A stretch of DNA of 64,000 bases from Octopus vulgaris (GCA_951406725.2 OX597814.1:157542001-157606000), one strand, 5' to 3'; positions 1 to 14,990 are shown, counted from the stretch's first letter. The notes: a model not told the origin generated them from the sequence alone. Numbers and translations are program-made.

Positions 1-66
1 CCGCCTATGCAGAGACACTCTTACCACATCCGATTTCATTAGTGGTGCTTCCCAACTTTTCCAACC

Positions 67-1983
67 CTATCGAAGGCACCTTTGACGAACTGAACGCTTG
101 ATTTCGAACGGTTCCGACAGGAAAGCGTTCAACTGTACTGTGGGTTTGATGCCGTTGTAAATGTCCTTGATCCAACGGCGGAATACTGGGCCCAGCCCAG
201 CCGTCCCAAGGACTGCCGCCAGATACCGATGGTAAACCCTATCGAAGGCTTTACTCTGGTCTAAATGGACCAGCGCCCCACCTTTACCGGAAACTTTACC
301 CACCCTGTCTAAGGTGTAGCATAAGAGATGAAGATTCTTCTGGATCGGCCTGCCAGGGATGGCAAATATTTGCGCCTTCCCGATAAGTTTCTCCGCGACA
401 ACCGTCAACCTTTTTGCTAGCACTTTGGCCAAAATCTTTAACTCTACATTTAGTAGAGTTATGGGCCTGAAATTGCTCTGGTCTTTTCTGACCAATGTTA
501 CCACTCCCCGACTCACAGAACTGGGATTTCTCCCATTCTGCTGCCAGCTCGTGTACACGCAAGCCAGCATGTGTCCGAACAAGTCCGGCATACTACTGTA
601 AAACTCGTAGGGCAGACCATCCAGCCCTGGCGACTTGTCCCAAGCGCATTCGGCCAGCACCTCTTTGACCTCCGCAGCCGTGATAGGCCCTTCACAGCAC
701 CTCGCCTCACTCGCCGAGAGTCGCGGTTCGTCGGCCAGGAATTGCCTTAAGCGCTCTCCATGTTCCAACGCCTCGCTCGTCCCAAACAACCGGGCGAAAT
801 GTTGATGAAAGGCCTTCTGCATCTCCCCTTGTCCTTCGATCAGGTGACCCTGTTCGTCAATTAAAGACTGTACAGCGGCTTCTCTGCCTCTCCGACTCTC
901 CACACGACGGGCCAATCCAGCAACGTCAATGCCTTCTCTGCCCACCGCGCGTAACTTAGCCCTGACTCTACACCCTTCATGTTTGGCTTGGGGGTGCCGG
1001 AATAATACCGTTCTCGCCGCCAACACTCTGGATGCAGAGCCTGATGCTATGGCCTCCTCTAATTCCTTAGTTAACTGCCCTTCTAATCTAGTTCCCTCTA
1101 AATTTAGCTCTTTACTAAATCTGAGTGACTCTAAACGAATGGCTCGTTTGAGGGCGCACCACCATATGTTGTTTACGACAGCTCCACATAATGCCCTCTG
1201 TACTAACTCCTTAACTCTGGTACGGAAGACTTTACTAGTCAAAATAGACTTGTTCAACTTCCAGTCCCCGGGTCCCTGTCTATGACACTTAGCTAACTGC
1301 ACCTCACACGTCACAAATTTGTGATCCGTGTAAGAGTCACAGTGAAAATGTGGACAACTACCTATATCTCTGTCAATATCTTTTATTATAACCCTATCTA
1401 AGTAAGACCTGGGTGAACCATCGTTATTAGACCACGTCCACTGTGAAACGAGCGGTTCATCCAGTCTGTAGCGGTCTACTAGTTTATAGGTCGCTAGTAG
1501 CCTTTTTAGGCCAGGGCTTCCTTTTCTATTATTCGAGCCTACACTATCCACGTTGAGAATAGTGCTGAAGTCCCCTGTTAAAACTAAAGTTTTCGACGTC
1601 ATTAGGAAATTCTCCAAGTCCCGAAAAAAGACCGTTTGACTATCCTCTTTTGGAGCATAGACGGCCACTAACCTGAAGGACTGCTTACTCACCTGTGCCA
1701 CATCTAGAACGACCAGCCTACCTTCTGGGTCTAGAAAGACTGTACTTACCTGTACGTCCAAGCTTCTTTTGACCAGCACCACAAATCCCCTACCCCTTCC
1801 TTGACTGTGAGAAATAAACTTCTCGTAGGCATTCTGAAGAGGAGAGAACGCCTGTGGCCCGTTCAGCTTGGACTCAGTCACTACACATATATCTATCTTC
1901 CGTGACCTGAGGTCGTCTAGGTAGCTTGTATGCTTCCATTTCGAACCCAGGCCACGCACATTTATACACCCTAACTTAATCAT
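67..1983 (-). mobile_element. Tx1/L1-clade LINE ORF2 (APE endonuclease + N-terminal part of RT); truncated or frameshifted near the window start
   Basis: 638-aa ORF. APE motifs INVRGL, VTESKL, VYAP, LTGDF, SYLDR, TDH; RT motifs KSPGLDGLPYEFY, NFRPITLLNVELKILAK, LDQSKAFDRV. Confidence 0.92.
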
Positions 1984-1989
1984 CGTGAT

Positions 1990-2360
1990 AAAAATTATTG
2001 TTGTTTACCTTGTTTTTCTTTTAGATTTGAGGAGGGGCTTCACGACTTTCGTCTTCCCCTCCTCCTGTATCTTTTCCATCTGGTGTAGCCATTGGTACTA
2101 AAATAATTTTAGCAGTGTAAGGTGGGGAGTCAGGCCAAGGGATTTTTTCCTTTTATGAGTTACTACTGCATACTCCATTTGTTCTGTTGTTTCTTTCTCT
2201 TTTTCTGTTTCTTTTGGTTTCTCTTTTTCTTGACTTTTTTTGGTTTTACTTGTTTCTTCCGCCGATTTGATTTTTTCTTCTTTCGCATTTTTTTCCAGTT
2301 GGGGAGGGAGCACTTCTTTCTTCTGCGTCGGCTTTTTTACTTTCTCGCACTCGGAGCGAC
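1990..2360 (-). mobile_element. Probable 3' part of ORF1/spacer of the same Tx1-like element
   Basis: Lys/Glu-rich reading frame (2098-2313) immediately upstream of ORF2 on the same strand. Confidence 0.4.
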
Positions 2361-2454
2361 GTGATCTTTCTCACCACATTTGTAACATCTAGGCCGCCGT
2401 CCCTCCACCGACACTCTCGCGCTCAGTCAATCCCTTATGAAAATTCTGTCTGGC

Positions 2455-5400
2455 CTATTATTATTATTATACAGTGGTTTTATTTTTATAGCGTGCTTTC
2501 ACTTTACGACCGATCGCAGCTCTGTGTACCTTGGGTATGTGCTGTGATTTGTTGTGATGCTCTGATGGTTACTGTATTGAAAGTGTTCTGCGTAGGATAT
2601 GTGCAGTGCCCAGTATGTTATATATATTTGCAAGTCCTGGGTTTTTTGTTATGTATTTGTCTGAATATTTTTTATTTTACCTAATGCGCCTACTATGATA
2701 GGAAGTGTTTCTGTTTTTAGATGCCACATTCGAGTTACCTCCATTTCCAGGTCTTTGTATTTTGAGAGTTTCTCCATTTCTTTTAGAGACACGTTGTCAT
2801 CAGCCGGTATTGATACATCAATTAGAAAGCATTTTTTTTCTTCATGGTCTCTGACAACTATATCTGGTCTGTTGGCCTTAATTTCTCTATCTGTGTGTAT
2901 CGGCATATCCCAGAGTATGGTTGCTTTCTCGTTTTCTGTGACCTTTTCTGGTGTGTGCCTATACCATCTTTTTTCTGTTGTTATTCCATAATGTTGGCAT
3001 AGCTTCCAATGTATGTAGGTTCCAACTCTGTCATGTCTGTGAATATATTCCTTCTGGGCTCTACCACCTACTATACGTTGTATTTATACAGCCAGAAATA
3101 TGATTTATTTTTATCTCCACATATTCTGCAGTTACTTGTTATGTTTCATTTCATTATATGTTTTAGGTAATTTCTGGTGGGGAGGCTTTGGTCTTGTGCT
3201 GCAATTAAAAATCCTTCCGTTTCTGCCTTGAGTCCTGAGCTTCTCAACAAATGCTGGGATTTTTCTCTGTCTATTTCTTTTGCATTAAGTTTACTCCAGT
3301 ATTTGCCATGAAGGGGCATTTCTTGCCATCGTTTACCATGGTTCGTTACTGTTCTAGTTTTAGTTTGTATTTCATTTGTTTTATAGCTATTGCTTCTTCT
3401 TCTTCATATTTGTTAGGTAGTATGATTTCTTGTTTGTATTTGTCAGCTTCCTTAAATACTGAGAACAGTATTTTGTTTTGTTCGTGTTTTGCCGCTATTT
3501 GTATCAGTTTTCCTCCCTTCTGAAGTGGATATTTTTGTAGTCCTATAGTGGTTATTTTATAATAGTATAGGCCTCTACCACCTTCTATACGTTGTATATA
3601 TAGCATCCTGTATCCTAGATCCTGTCAATATTATTTTTTCGTTTTCCTGTCTATTTTGGTTAGTTCATTTAGTGTCCAGTTAAGGATATTGTAGCTGTAT
3701 CTTGTAGCTAAAGTGTTAATGCCTATTATCTTGTTTTTATCATTGAGCTCTGTTTTTAGTATTGATATAACTCGTCTATAGTATTCTGCTTTATTTTCTC
3801 TTTCATTTTTGTGTGTTGTATCATATCTAGTTCATGTATTCCTAAATATTTGTATGTTTCGCTTTGGTCTAATTCTCTTATTTCATTGGCATTATCTAGT
3901 GTGATGTTGCTACTCTTAACTAGTTTCAGAGGGTTGCTTTGGCGCATTTTTCTAATTCAAATTTCATATCTATTTCTTTGGTAAGTCCATGTTCTGTCTG
4001 TAGTAGTATTTCCAGCTGTTTGTCATTTGTAGCGTATAATTTTAGGCCATCCATATATAAAAGGTGGCTGTTTGTTTTGCCGTAACATTTGTATCCGCAT
4101 CCAGTTCTATTTAGCATATCAGATAGAGGTGTCAGTGCCAAGCAGAAAAGGAGATAGGGATGGCTTTGGTTTTCACGAGTTCCTCTTTTGTTTGGAGCTG
4201 TAGCACTGTCTGTCATTTATTCATAGAGTGTCTCATGTATTTTGTAATTATTGGTGCTACCTTGTTAATGGTTATTGTTTCAAGGATCCACTTGCGTGGA
4301 ATGCTATCAAAAGCCTTTGGGTAGTCGATCCATGCCATACTGAGGCCTTTCTTCTTTCTGTGGCTGTCTTCAGTTATGTCTCTATTGATCATTAGTTGAT
4401 CTTTACAGCCATATGAGCCCTTGCAGCATCCCTTCTTCTCTTCTGGAAACAGGTAGCTTTCGTCCAGATGCTTGTTCAATCTTTGCGATATTACTGCAGT
4501 AAATGCTTTGTACATTGTAGGGAGACAGGTTATAGGTCTGTAGTTTTGTGGTTTTGCCGTTTCATTGGATTTGGGAATTAGGATGGTTTTCCCTTTTGTG
4601 AGTCATTTAGACATTATCTCTGGCTCTGCCAGTATGTCGTTAAAGTTTTCAGCCAGCCTTTTGTGTATTCTTGTCAGATATTTTAACCAGAATTTGGGGA
4701 TCTTGTGGTGCCCAGGTGCCTTCCAGTTGCTTAGTGTTTGCAGTGCCTGGGTGACCTCTTCATTTCTTATGGGGTCCAGAGTTGCTCAGGTGCTAAGTTT
4801 GTTGTTTTAATACTCCTTTTCTGTGATTGTTCATTTCTTTCTAACTTTCTTCCACTTCTGCCGTTGGTGCTGCAGTGATGTCTATTTTATTTTTGCCTAG
4901 TTCTTGGTAGAACTTGTTAGGGTTGGGGTTGAACTGTTTGTTTTGTTGAAAGAAACGTTGGCGTTTCTCATACCGGCGGATCCTTTGTGCTTTGGCAAGG
5001 ATATCTTGCTTTAACTTTTCTTTTATCTCAGGTAGATCTATTCCTGTGATGTTGTATTTGCACAGTAGTTTTGTTTTTTTCTTGTTGCTCAGTAGCGTTG
5101 ATTGTCGACTAATTTCGTTAAGAATCGACAGATCTTTTCACTTTCTTGTATTCTTTGATGTTATTTATCCACAGGGTTTGTTTGGGTGGTGGTACTCCTG
5201 TTTTGATGGGTTTGAGGGAGTATCCAGCTTCTTTTGTGGCTGCACTAGCTGCTACATATATTATGTCATTTAGCTCAGGGATTTGTTTCTGTGGCTATCA
5301 GTTTCGTGACAGCCAGGTTTATGCTATTTATTATTGATGTTGTTTTATTGTCTATTTTTTTGGGAGGTATGGTCGGTGGTCCATTCTGAGATCTGTCGTT

Positions 5401-6150
5401 TTCAGTTCTTTGATTACTCTCATTTTTATAGTATCATAATCATTGGGTTCCCCTTCGTTGTTTCCAGGTTTTAGATTTGTTTCGCTTTCCTTCTCATTCA
5501 TATATTTGTCTATGGTGTTCTGGTTTGGTGCTTTTTGTACATTATTATACATCTCTGCGGTCTGGGTTTGTTGTTTTTTGTTTACTTCGTTTTTGTTACG
5601 TTTGTCTTCGACTTTTACTATCTCAGTATTTATATTATTTGGCATTGTTGTGTGGCTTCTAACTATATTTTTCTGATGTATTTTTCCTTTTAAATGTTCT
5701 ATTTCTATTTCTGATATTTTTATGCGCTGAGAATATATCTTCGTATGTTAGCTAGTTTATTAGGGTTCATTACTGTATCCAAGTCTTTATTTAGGTCATT
5801 CTTCTTCCATATTTTATATGTATGTGTTGTGTTTTCGTTTGAAATATATTCATCACGTGTCCATTTATGCCTTTTTGATTTTATTTGCGGTACATGAGGA
5901 ACAACGTCCGGCCTTTTATTTTGCAATACACCTAGATCGTAGGGTATTTCTGATGTTTCCACATGCTTCTTCAACTTGGGCAGTATTGAACCCAGTGCTT
6001 TAATGACAACAGGGACAACCTCTATGTTTGACCCCTGTAACTGCCATACCTTTGCGAAATCAATTCTTAGGTCTGCTAGCTAATTTTTCATGCGTTTCTC
6101 TTTCATGATAGCATGTCACGTTGATTAATAGGCCCTCTTGTTTGTCCCTC
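2455..6150 (-). mobile_element. R4/Dong-clade non-LTR retrotransposon, family A, near full length and degenerate
   Basis: Fragmented ORFs with KGSYGCKDQL, AWIDY.KAFDS, HLLYMDG, ANRPDIVV..IDVSIP (REL endonuclease). 3' UTR matches 54760-54855 and ends in a (TAA)n tail at about 2455-2470. Confidence 0.9.
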
Positions 6151-6179
6151 TTAAAGGTTACTATTCCGGGACCTCGGTG

Positions 6180-7260
6180 CTCTAAAATCTTGCTTGTCTG
6201 GAAATCAATGTCCCAGAGGATTTTTGCCTTCCCTTATTCGTCCATTACTTTTTCCGGTGTATGCACCTATTACCTCGTATCCACACTTCCGGCATAGTAG
6301 CCAATGGCGGTTTTGATGTTCCTTGTCGTGTCTGTGCTTGTACTGTTTCTGAACAAGATTTTCACAAGCACTAACAATGTGAGCCACGCTTTCGACCCTC
6401 TTCCCACACATTCTGCAGATGTCCATTGCACTTGTGTGATCTATATCAATTTTCACTGAGTTGATATTCAATGCCTGATTCTGGGTAGCTATAATTGGGC
6501 TTTCAGTTTTTTTTAGGTGACCCTTGCTGAGCCACCTCCATGATGCTTCTTGGTCTTTTAAGTAGTTAGTTCGATAGTGGAACTGTAATTCCATGCGGTA
6601 TAGGGTTCCTTTTCCCTATCGTTAGCCGTTCGTGATTGGAATTCATGAGCGCTCTCAAGCTCATTTTTGGTAAATCCTTCTGCATTAGCAGCATAGTATA
6701 GCAAGTCTTGTTTTTATTTACAAAATATTTCTGCCATGGTACTTATTTTCACTTTGGTGCACTCATCCCACATCCACTTTTACACCTCTTCGCGTACTGC
6801 CTCTGTAAATTCGCTTTAGGTTGGAGGGCACCATGCATTATCATTGTTTTCGGGTAGTGTGATCGAGTTTGTGAATCTCCGCTTGTGTCTATCTCAGGAT
6901 GGGTGCACTTTAGAGGACTACAGCAATTGCCCATATGTCGATGGCAGTCAGAAGTTTCCTTGAGCTGAGTTTTGATTTCAAAAGAAGTTTGGGGTGCTTC
7001 GAATATGTAGTGATGATTTTGTCTTTTATTTCTCTGTGCAAGATATTGTCCAGCACCAGGATCCCAAGGTACTTGAACCCATCATCAATTGGGTATTCAA
7101 TTCTCTCTCCTTTGGGCAATCCTATGACCCTACAATCTCTCTTTTCTCTCGTTTCTAAGTGAGCACTGCAAACTTCGAGATGCTGAATGTCATCCCTATA
7201 TCCTTGCTGAACATCTGCAGTCTCAACCAGCCTCTCTCTTTCAGGCTCTGTTTTTGCGAA
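6180..7260 (-). mobile_element. R4/Dong-clade fragment (family D-like)
   Basis: CRMCGKRVESVAHIVSAC zinc knuckle and FKYLGI; similar to 62400-64000. Confidence 0.8.
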
Positions 7261-7261
7261 C

Positions 7262-8359
7262 AGCCTGGAAATCTAGAGTCAATAAAATCTTGGAAGACCT
7301 GTTTTACAGCATCGTGGGAATTATTTTTTTTTCCTATCAAAAAGTTAATCAAATTCTGGAAGAAGTGGTAGTCAGTGGGGGCAACATCAGATGAGTATGG
7401 AGGATGATGGAGACCTTCCAATTCCAAATCCAGTAGTTTCGGCAATGTCATTTTTGTGATGTGTGGTCTGGCGTTGTCCTGCAATAAAACAGAAGTGGAT
7501 CTGTTGACTAATTTATGCTGTATTTTATAAGATTCTGCATCATTTGGTCCAGTTGGCTGCAGTATAGTTTGGCTGTGATTGATAAGCCAGGTTTAATAAT
7601 ATCATAATAAATGACATCTGCGCCAGACCACCAAACACACACCATTAGCTTGATGGATTTTACTTTTTGGAGTCTGTTTTGGTGGCTCGTCTTTGTTCAA
7701 CCATTGTACTGAATCTTTACGGCTGTTCTATTGGATCCATTTCCCATCACATGTTACAGTTCGATTCAAAAATTATTCATTTTTCTAACGAGCAAGTAAC
7801 ATAATGTAGGCTTCCAAACGTTGCTGTTTCAGCTTTTCATTGAGTTCATGCGGAACCCACTTATCCATTCTCACTTTACCGATTTGAAATAGCTGACTCA
7901 ATAGTGTTTGCTTGCTAACACCAAACAACAGCGATACTTTGCGGGCACTTTGAGAAGGATCTGGCTTTCAGTTCGTCATTATCCACCATCGTTTCTGGTC
8001 GACCACGTTGCTCATTTGTGAGAATGAAACTTTGCAAACTAATTTGTTACTGTCTGCTGTGTAATAACATTAGAATGAAATACTCCATTAATATTCCGAG
8101 CCGTCTGTGATGCTGTATTTCCAAGAAAAACTCATATTTCAAAACTACGAATTTCCGACTTATCCATCTCTAAACAAAGATAGCAAAAACGATTTATAAA
8201 TACTTTATAAAGCGCAAAATGAGTTATAATAAAGGAATAGATGTGTCAGCTTTCTTACAAAAAATAAAGGTTGTAAAAATATTATAATGGCGCAAAATGA
8301 TCAGCTGTCAAAAGTTACTACATACCTTACTACAAATTTCATAATTCACGACCTACTAT
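7262..8359 (-). mobile_element. mariner (Tc1/mariner) transposon remnant
   Basis: QDNARPH and HPPYSSDVAPTDYHFF catalytic motifs. A TIR-like end (tagtaggtcgtgaattatgaaat on the - strand) lies at about 8337-8359. Confidence 0.85.
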
Positions 8360-10621
8360 TTGTGAAAGTTGGCTCCAAGTCTCACCCAGAGACCTCAAGA
8401 GATAACAAGTTACGAGTTCATGTTGGTGTCATGCCTAGAGTGTCATATAATATTGTAATTGAGAATGTTTAAAAAAACATATGACAGTTATGAATCTGTT
8501 TTAAAGTTTGAGATTGATTTTACGTACGATATGGGCAGATCCCATGAGCATTACCCTTTGAATTTCTGCCATTTTGGTATCTGAGCTAGGTAAGACTCAG
8601 TCCCTTTTACTATCATTCTTAGGGCACCTATGATAACATGTATTGCACAATTTGTTGTAGATCTTGACAGATACAATTATGTCAATTGGGACAGTCATAT
8701 CAATGAGGAAGCTTGATTTTTGCCAGAAGTCTTTCAATATAATGTCTGGCCTTGAACAGTGAAGTTCAAGAGAAGTGAGATGTGATCATTTTCAAGCACT
8801 GGAGGTGGTTTTTCGTCCCACCAGTTATTTTATCATGGGGTAGGTCCAGGTTTTTGCAAATTACCCAGTGAATATATTGTGCTGCTCTCTCATATCTGTT
8901 GAGATACGCTGTAGGCGCAGGAAGACTGCACATGGAGACAACATGGTCAACTGTTACATTTTTTGCTGACATACACGACATGTTGAGCTACTGCCGTTCT
9001 TTAACATGTTGGCCTGGTATTTTCTTGTAGGTAGGCAACTAATGTTGGGCCGCTATCATAAACTCTTCCGTTTCTGGTTTTAAGCAGAAAAACACTAACC
9101 ATTGATGGACAAGGGCTTTGTCAACATCGGCACTAATAGCTCTCTTTGGGTATTTGCCATTAAGAGGTTTTTCTTGCTATTTATCAGTAAGAATATCTAG
9201 GGCAGCAGTTTAGTACGGGTTTTCATACGCTTAGCTTTTTCTGTGCGTGTTTCTAGTACATCTAATTCTGGAATTTGTTGTATTTGGAAATCACTTAGAT
9301 GTTACTTCACCTGTTTTGTTACTGAGTATGATGCTTACTTACTTCATACTTTGAAACAAGTTTTAACATCCAGTCCTCAGAGTTTTTCAAGTAGTTGTCT
9401 AGGCCAATTGTGGCAATATTCATTATTAATTCCAGTTATATGACTCCACGGCCATCCTCTTTTATTGACAGGTAAAGTCCTTCTATATCTGCCTTAGTGT
9501 GATGCATTCTATACAATGTTAAGAATTTTCGTGTTTTCTTTCAAGTTTACATATTTCAGTAATTGACCAGTTATTAATATTGAAACTGGTATTCGTAGCT
9601 CTACGCCGCTTCTAGCTCCTTTATGATATTCAGCTCGTCAAGATTAACTTTGGATGTTTCTGTCAATTTTGCTTTGATAAAGGTAGCTTTTGCACATTTC
9701 TCGAAGACAAATTGCATTCTGATGTCATCACTGAACTGAATAGTTTAACAATCGCTAGTAAGACCTCTAGTTGTGGTCATTTCCTTTTCTTGCAATGAGC
9801 TCTATATCGTCCATGTAAATGAGATGATTTATAATTTTCTAAATATAATTTTCTAAGCATAATTTTATCAAACATTTTATAGCCGTATTGTACATCATCG
9901 CGCAATTTCGAGAGAGGCATTAAGAGAAAAGGCTAGAGAAAAGAGGAGTGGTGATAGTGAGTCACTCTAGAAAATGCCACATGAAATTCTTATATCTCCA
10001 GCATTAAGAGATTCATTGTCACTGTTCAAAATCAGTGTGGTTCACCATGATCTCATACTTACAAACAAGAGGTTTATCAGAGTAGGTGCTAATTTATACA
10101 TTTCCAGACATTCCTTAATCCACCTACGCGGTAGACAATCAAAATCTTTTTTAATGTCTGCCCAGGCTATCGAGAATGTTTTGTGTCGTTAGTTACAATT
10201 TTCCAAGATCATCTTATTGGCGATTCGCTGATCTTTACAACCATAGGACACACGCACATCCTTTCTGCTCATTATGCAATATGCCAATTTCCATTAAAAA
10301 TCTATAGGTATATTCAGTCAAATCGGATGTTAGTATTTTAGACATTGTTGTTAAGCAGGTTATGGATGTATAATATTTGGGTTTATTTGTTTACACTCTC
10401 TTTACTCTTTTACTTGTTTCAGTCATTTTGATTGTGGCCATGCTGGAGTACCACCTTTGGTCGAGCAAATCGACCCCAGGGCTTATTCTTTTTTAAGCCA
10501 AGTACTTATTCTATCGATCTCTTTTACCGAACCGCTAAGGTACGGGACGTAAACACACCAGCATCGGTTGTCAAGTGATGTTGGGGGGACAAACACAGAC
10601 ACACAAACATATACGCATACA

Positions 10622-10710
<89 letters not shown>

Positions 10711-12112
10711 GACGGGATTCTTTCAGTTTCTGTCTACTAAATCCATTCACAATGTATTGATCGGCCCGAGGCTATAGTAGAAGACACTTGCCGAAAGTGC
10801 CACGCAGTGGTACTGAACCCGAAGCCATGTGGTTGGTAAGCAAGCTACTTACCACACAAACACTCCTTCACCTCATATTTTGGAAGTAGGAATGTAATAC
10901 CAAGAGGGAATCATACTAGGTTGTTGCAAAACGTCGTTGTAAAGTTTTGTTGGCAGTTCATGGCTCTCTGGGAAGGCATTCAACCAGAAGTTAGGAATTT
11001 TATTCTTTCTTGGAGACTGCCATTTGCTTGACTTCCTGAGAGATCTTACATCTTCTACCTTGATACCCTCCCACTTTTGCTCTTCTAAGGAGTCTAAGTC
11101 TGTAGATATTATACAGGGTGTTTTTCATTCTGTGCTTTTTTCTTCTGCCCAAATATCATTCCATAATTTCTGCACTTCTTTTGATTTGTGAGACTTTACT
11201 ATAACTGGTATTTCCCCCTGTCTTCCTGTAAAAATATTTAGGGGTATTTTTTAACATATGATTGTCCTTAAAGAATCTAACGCGCTTTTCATACCTTGCT
11301 CTGCGGGCATCTTTAGCACACACCTTTTGCTTGATGGTTTCTATGGTGGCATCAATGTCAAGTATGATTTTCATATTATATTTCTTCTTTAATTTTCCGG
11401 TTTCTGTAGGTTTGGTAGTTTTGTCAAACTTAAGGTTTTCCAAACATTCTATGTTAGACCTATATGGTGGTATTGATGTCAAATATAGTTTTCATATATA
11501 TGAATACGATATTTGACATCGATACCACCATAGAAACTATCAAGTACAAGGTATGTACTAAAGTTACTGGCATAGCAAAGTATCAAAAGCGCGTTAGGTC
11601 CCTCGAGCACAAAAATATGTTTAAAAATTTCCTAATCCAGTTATGTGGTAGTCTATCAAAAGCTTTTTTATAGTCAATCTAGGCTATTGACAATTTTTGT
11701 GCCAATTGTGACAATCTTCTAAGATCATCTTATTGATGAGTAGCTGGTCTTTACAACCATAGCATCCACGTTTACATCCGTTTTGCTCATTTGGGTATAT
11801 GCCGCTTTATATTAAAAGACTAAAGGTATATTTAGTCAGGACAGATGTTAGCGTTTTATAAATTGTTGTTAAGCAGGTTATGTGTCTCTAATATTTTGGT
11901 CCATTTGTTTGGTCCATTAACTAACCAAGAGGGAATCATACTAGGTTGTTGCTAAGCGTCGTTGTAATGTTCTGTTAGTAGTTCATGACTCTCTGGGAAG
12001 GTATTCAACCTGAAGTTAGGAAGTTTATCCTTTCCTGGAGACTGCCATTTGTTTGACTTCTCGAGAGCAGATCTTACATCTTCTACCTTATACCCTCCCA
12101 CTTTTGCTCCTT
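8360..12112 (-). mobile_element. R4/Dong-clade family B, degenerate, rearranged and interrupted by a SINE
   Basis: 3' UTR matches 45060-45140 and 51260-51340. IHWVICKNLDLPH and KARYEKRVRFF-like motifs; short inverted piece at about 11500-11630. Confidence 0.8.
10395..10873 (-). mobile_element. tRNA-derived SINE (octopus type, CORE-like central segment)
   Basis: A-box-like gtgtggtaag and B-box-like ggttcagtacc on the - strand, internal (TACA)/(TA) repeat and gagtaaa tail. Homologous to 37788-38140 and 58106-58465. Confidence 0.85.
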
Positions 12113-13248
12113 AGGTTTTGACACATCACTGTTATCAGACTAGCTGTTATGAAATTACCCCCCATTGTTTATAATAATGTATAGTGTGATTTGTGGGAAA
12201 TATAGCAGTTATATCTAGCAATTCGAATGATTAAATAGAGATACTGTTGTTACAACACTTCGTGAGCTATAATAACTAGCGGAATATATTTTGCATATAT
12301 ATTTAAAAGAAGGGTGGAATTCAAAATAGTTTTTATCTGCATTTGAGTTATTGGATCTAAGTGACTTAGATGACATTGCTATTGCAGTTAGAAGGGCTAA
12401 GAATGGAGATGAATTAACCCTTTTGAAACACTTCAGTCGACAGTTAAAGATTCCTTAAAATTCCTTAAAATTCCTTAAAATCCAGTCGTCTTGTATGCAA
12501 CGACGAACAATTTGTTAAGAATCTCTCAATCAATGTGATTATTGGAAGGCTGAAGTTTTTAAATGACCATCTCTTTACTGGAATTTTCACAATCAGCTAT
12601 AGTTAGAAATTATACAAGACATCAAATCTACAATATGGTTTATAACGAAATTGGTGTGTCATGTGCGAAATAAGGCCTCTTATAAATGTTATCCTTAGGA
12701 ATCACTGAGTGACGGAAAAATTTCACGGAAATAAAGAAGTGAATAGTTTGCAATAAAATTATGGATGGTTGAGATAAGAGCAATAGTCGGAATTTTCCTA
12801 AGTTAAAAGGTTTGTTTTGCTAAGCTTTAATGCTGCAGTAGTCTGTTTCTATGCACGTTCATAAAGAAGTAAGCAGTACCAAATTAGATGAGTTTAGCCC
12901 CAGCTCTTAAACATACAATTCTAATGTTGGGGGTTGGAATACCATCTTGTTATATTTTGATGAATAAAGCAACTGTCAGTGCTGGTAACCATATTGACAG
13001 GAGATTGAGAGAGTGCTGAAGAAAAGGAAATTCTAGAAAGAGATATGTTGTGTATTCCAAAACGAAATTGGTAAGGAAATGTCTACCAATTCTACTTGTC
13101 AGTGTGCAGTTGTAAATTAGGCTGATTTGGGGTGCAATGGGAAGGAGAAACAGTCAGATAATAGTTAGTAGCGCCCTGAAATTAACATAGGTCATTACTT
13201 TTCAAAATAATCTAACACATGAAATATATTTCTCTTGTCTTCCTAAAG

Positions 13249-13428
13249 CTGAATGTCCGACGTCAGCCGGCTATACTTACCAACCAGAATTGAGATTGTG
13301 TTATCAAATAGGCTCCACGAAAACTTCATGGAATAAGGCTGCAGACAATTGCAATAAGGATCGAGGACGACTTTTTCACATTAAAAATGAGGAAGTAATG
13401 AACTATCTAAAAACAATATTATCATGGG
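13249..13428 (+). CDS. C-type lectin domain exon (N-terminal half)
   Basis: Acceptor tcttcctaaag| and donor g|gtgagc; 180 bp, phase 1-1, open frame ECPTSAGYTYQPELRLCYQIGSTKTSWNKAADNCNKDRGRLFHIKNEEVMNYLKTILSW with the CTLD C..CY..W..A...C....L pattern. Not in the ORF track. Confidence 0.88.
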
Positions 13429-13470
13429 GTGAGCAACATTTTACTATTTAATACACACATACAACACGTT

Positions 13471-13643
<173 letters not shown>

Positions 13644-14858
13644 AAGGTACACATGATATACCTCATATCATAAACTATAACAGATTTAATGTCACTCAAA
13701 ATTGCAATTTCCTCCCATTTTGCAAACAAAATTCCGTTTTCCTGCAAATGCTTCTCTGATTTGTACACTATGTTCTGAGTGTTTCTCTTTTTGGGAATAT
13801 ATCAAATGTAATAATTTAATTTCATTTATTGTTTAAAGATTTATATTGTCATTTACTGCCAATGAGTTTACAAAAGAAAATAACTTTGCCAGTTAAGAAT
13901 AACTTAAGTAATGATTTATTTTAGAATTTGTACTGTTTGTTATACGTAAAAATTCGAATAGATAGTTGAAACTAAGAAAATATATTTATTATAAAACGTA
14001 TTGTTATAAATATTTAGAGAATTTAACGTATGAATTTTCTTTTGAATAAATCTTTTCGTTCTATGGAACATCTTTCGGACTACACCCTCTTCAGTATTAA
14101 TAACGACAGTAGTATCATGTCGAGTTAGAGTATTGAGTATCCCTATTACAGATACATTATTGACAATATAAATACAGTCTCAACGAAATAATCCTCCTTT
14201 GAATTTTGATTTTAGTGTTTATCAATACAACATCAACATGTAGGAGAATACAACATGTAGGAGAATGCAAGAGTCGATTAAATTAATCAACGAATTCATA
14301 ATAGTCATCCTTTTAAATTCCAATAACATGAAAGGTTCAGTCTGTTTAGTTTTGAATTCATATGCAAACAGAAGAAATAGATAATTTACTTGCTATATAG
14401 CCAGCATTAGACAATAATTTGCGGTTAATTTCATTTTATATACGAAGAACATGAAAACATAGTGTATTTTGAAATATTTCGTCACAGTTGCTGAAATGTT
14501 CTTGCCGCCAGAATCGACGAAGAGATTTCAGTATCTAGTTTACTGATGTACGTAACAAGAAATCAATTTAAATTAATATATACGTTAGGTTATGTGATTA
14601 CTTTGCCATAATTCAAAATTTTTCGCTAATTTTTCCAGTACACTAAAATTACGGCGCACACAAGCAGGTCATATGTGGGTTCTTAGTGTGCTGCGACACA
14701 GTGAGGAAAAATATGTACACTGAATGAGCGTTCATCTTACAGAAGATGGGAGTCGACTGTTTCTCGAAATGCAGTGTATAGTCAAGTATACACCATGTAA
14801 ACACAAATAAGACAGGATGTCATGAGTAATCTGAACTAAATATCAACAATCACACCAG

Positions 14859-14873
14859 CAACAACAACAACAG

Positions 14874-14962
<89 letters not shown>

Positions 14963-14990
14963 ACTACTACTACTACTACTGCTGCTGCTG

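Noticed and set aside
12420-13170. Possible very old Penelope RT remnant on the - strand
   Set aside because: Only faint motif hints; cannot be supported by eye.
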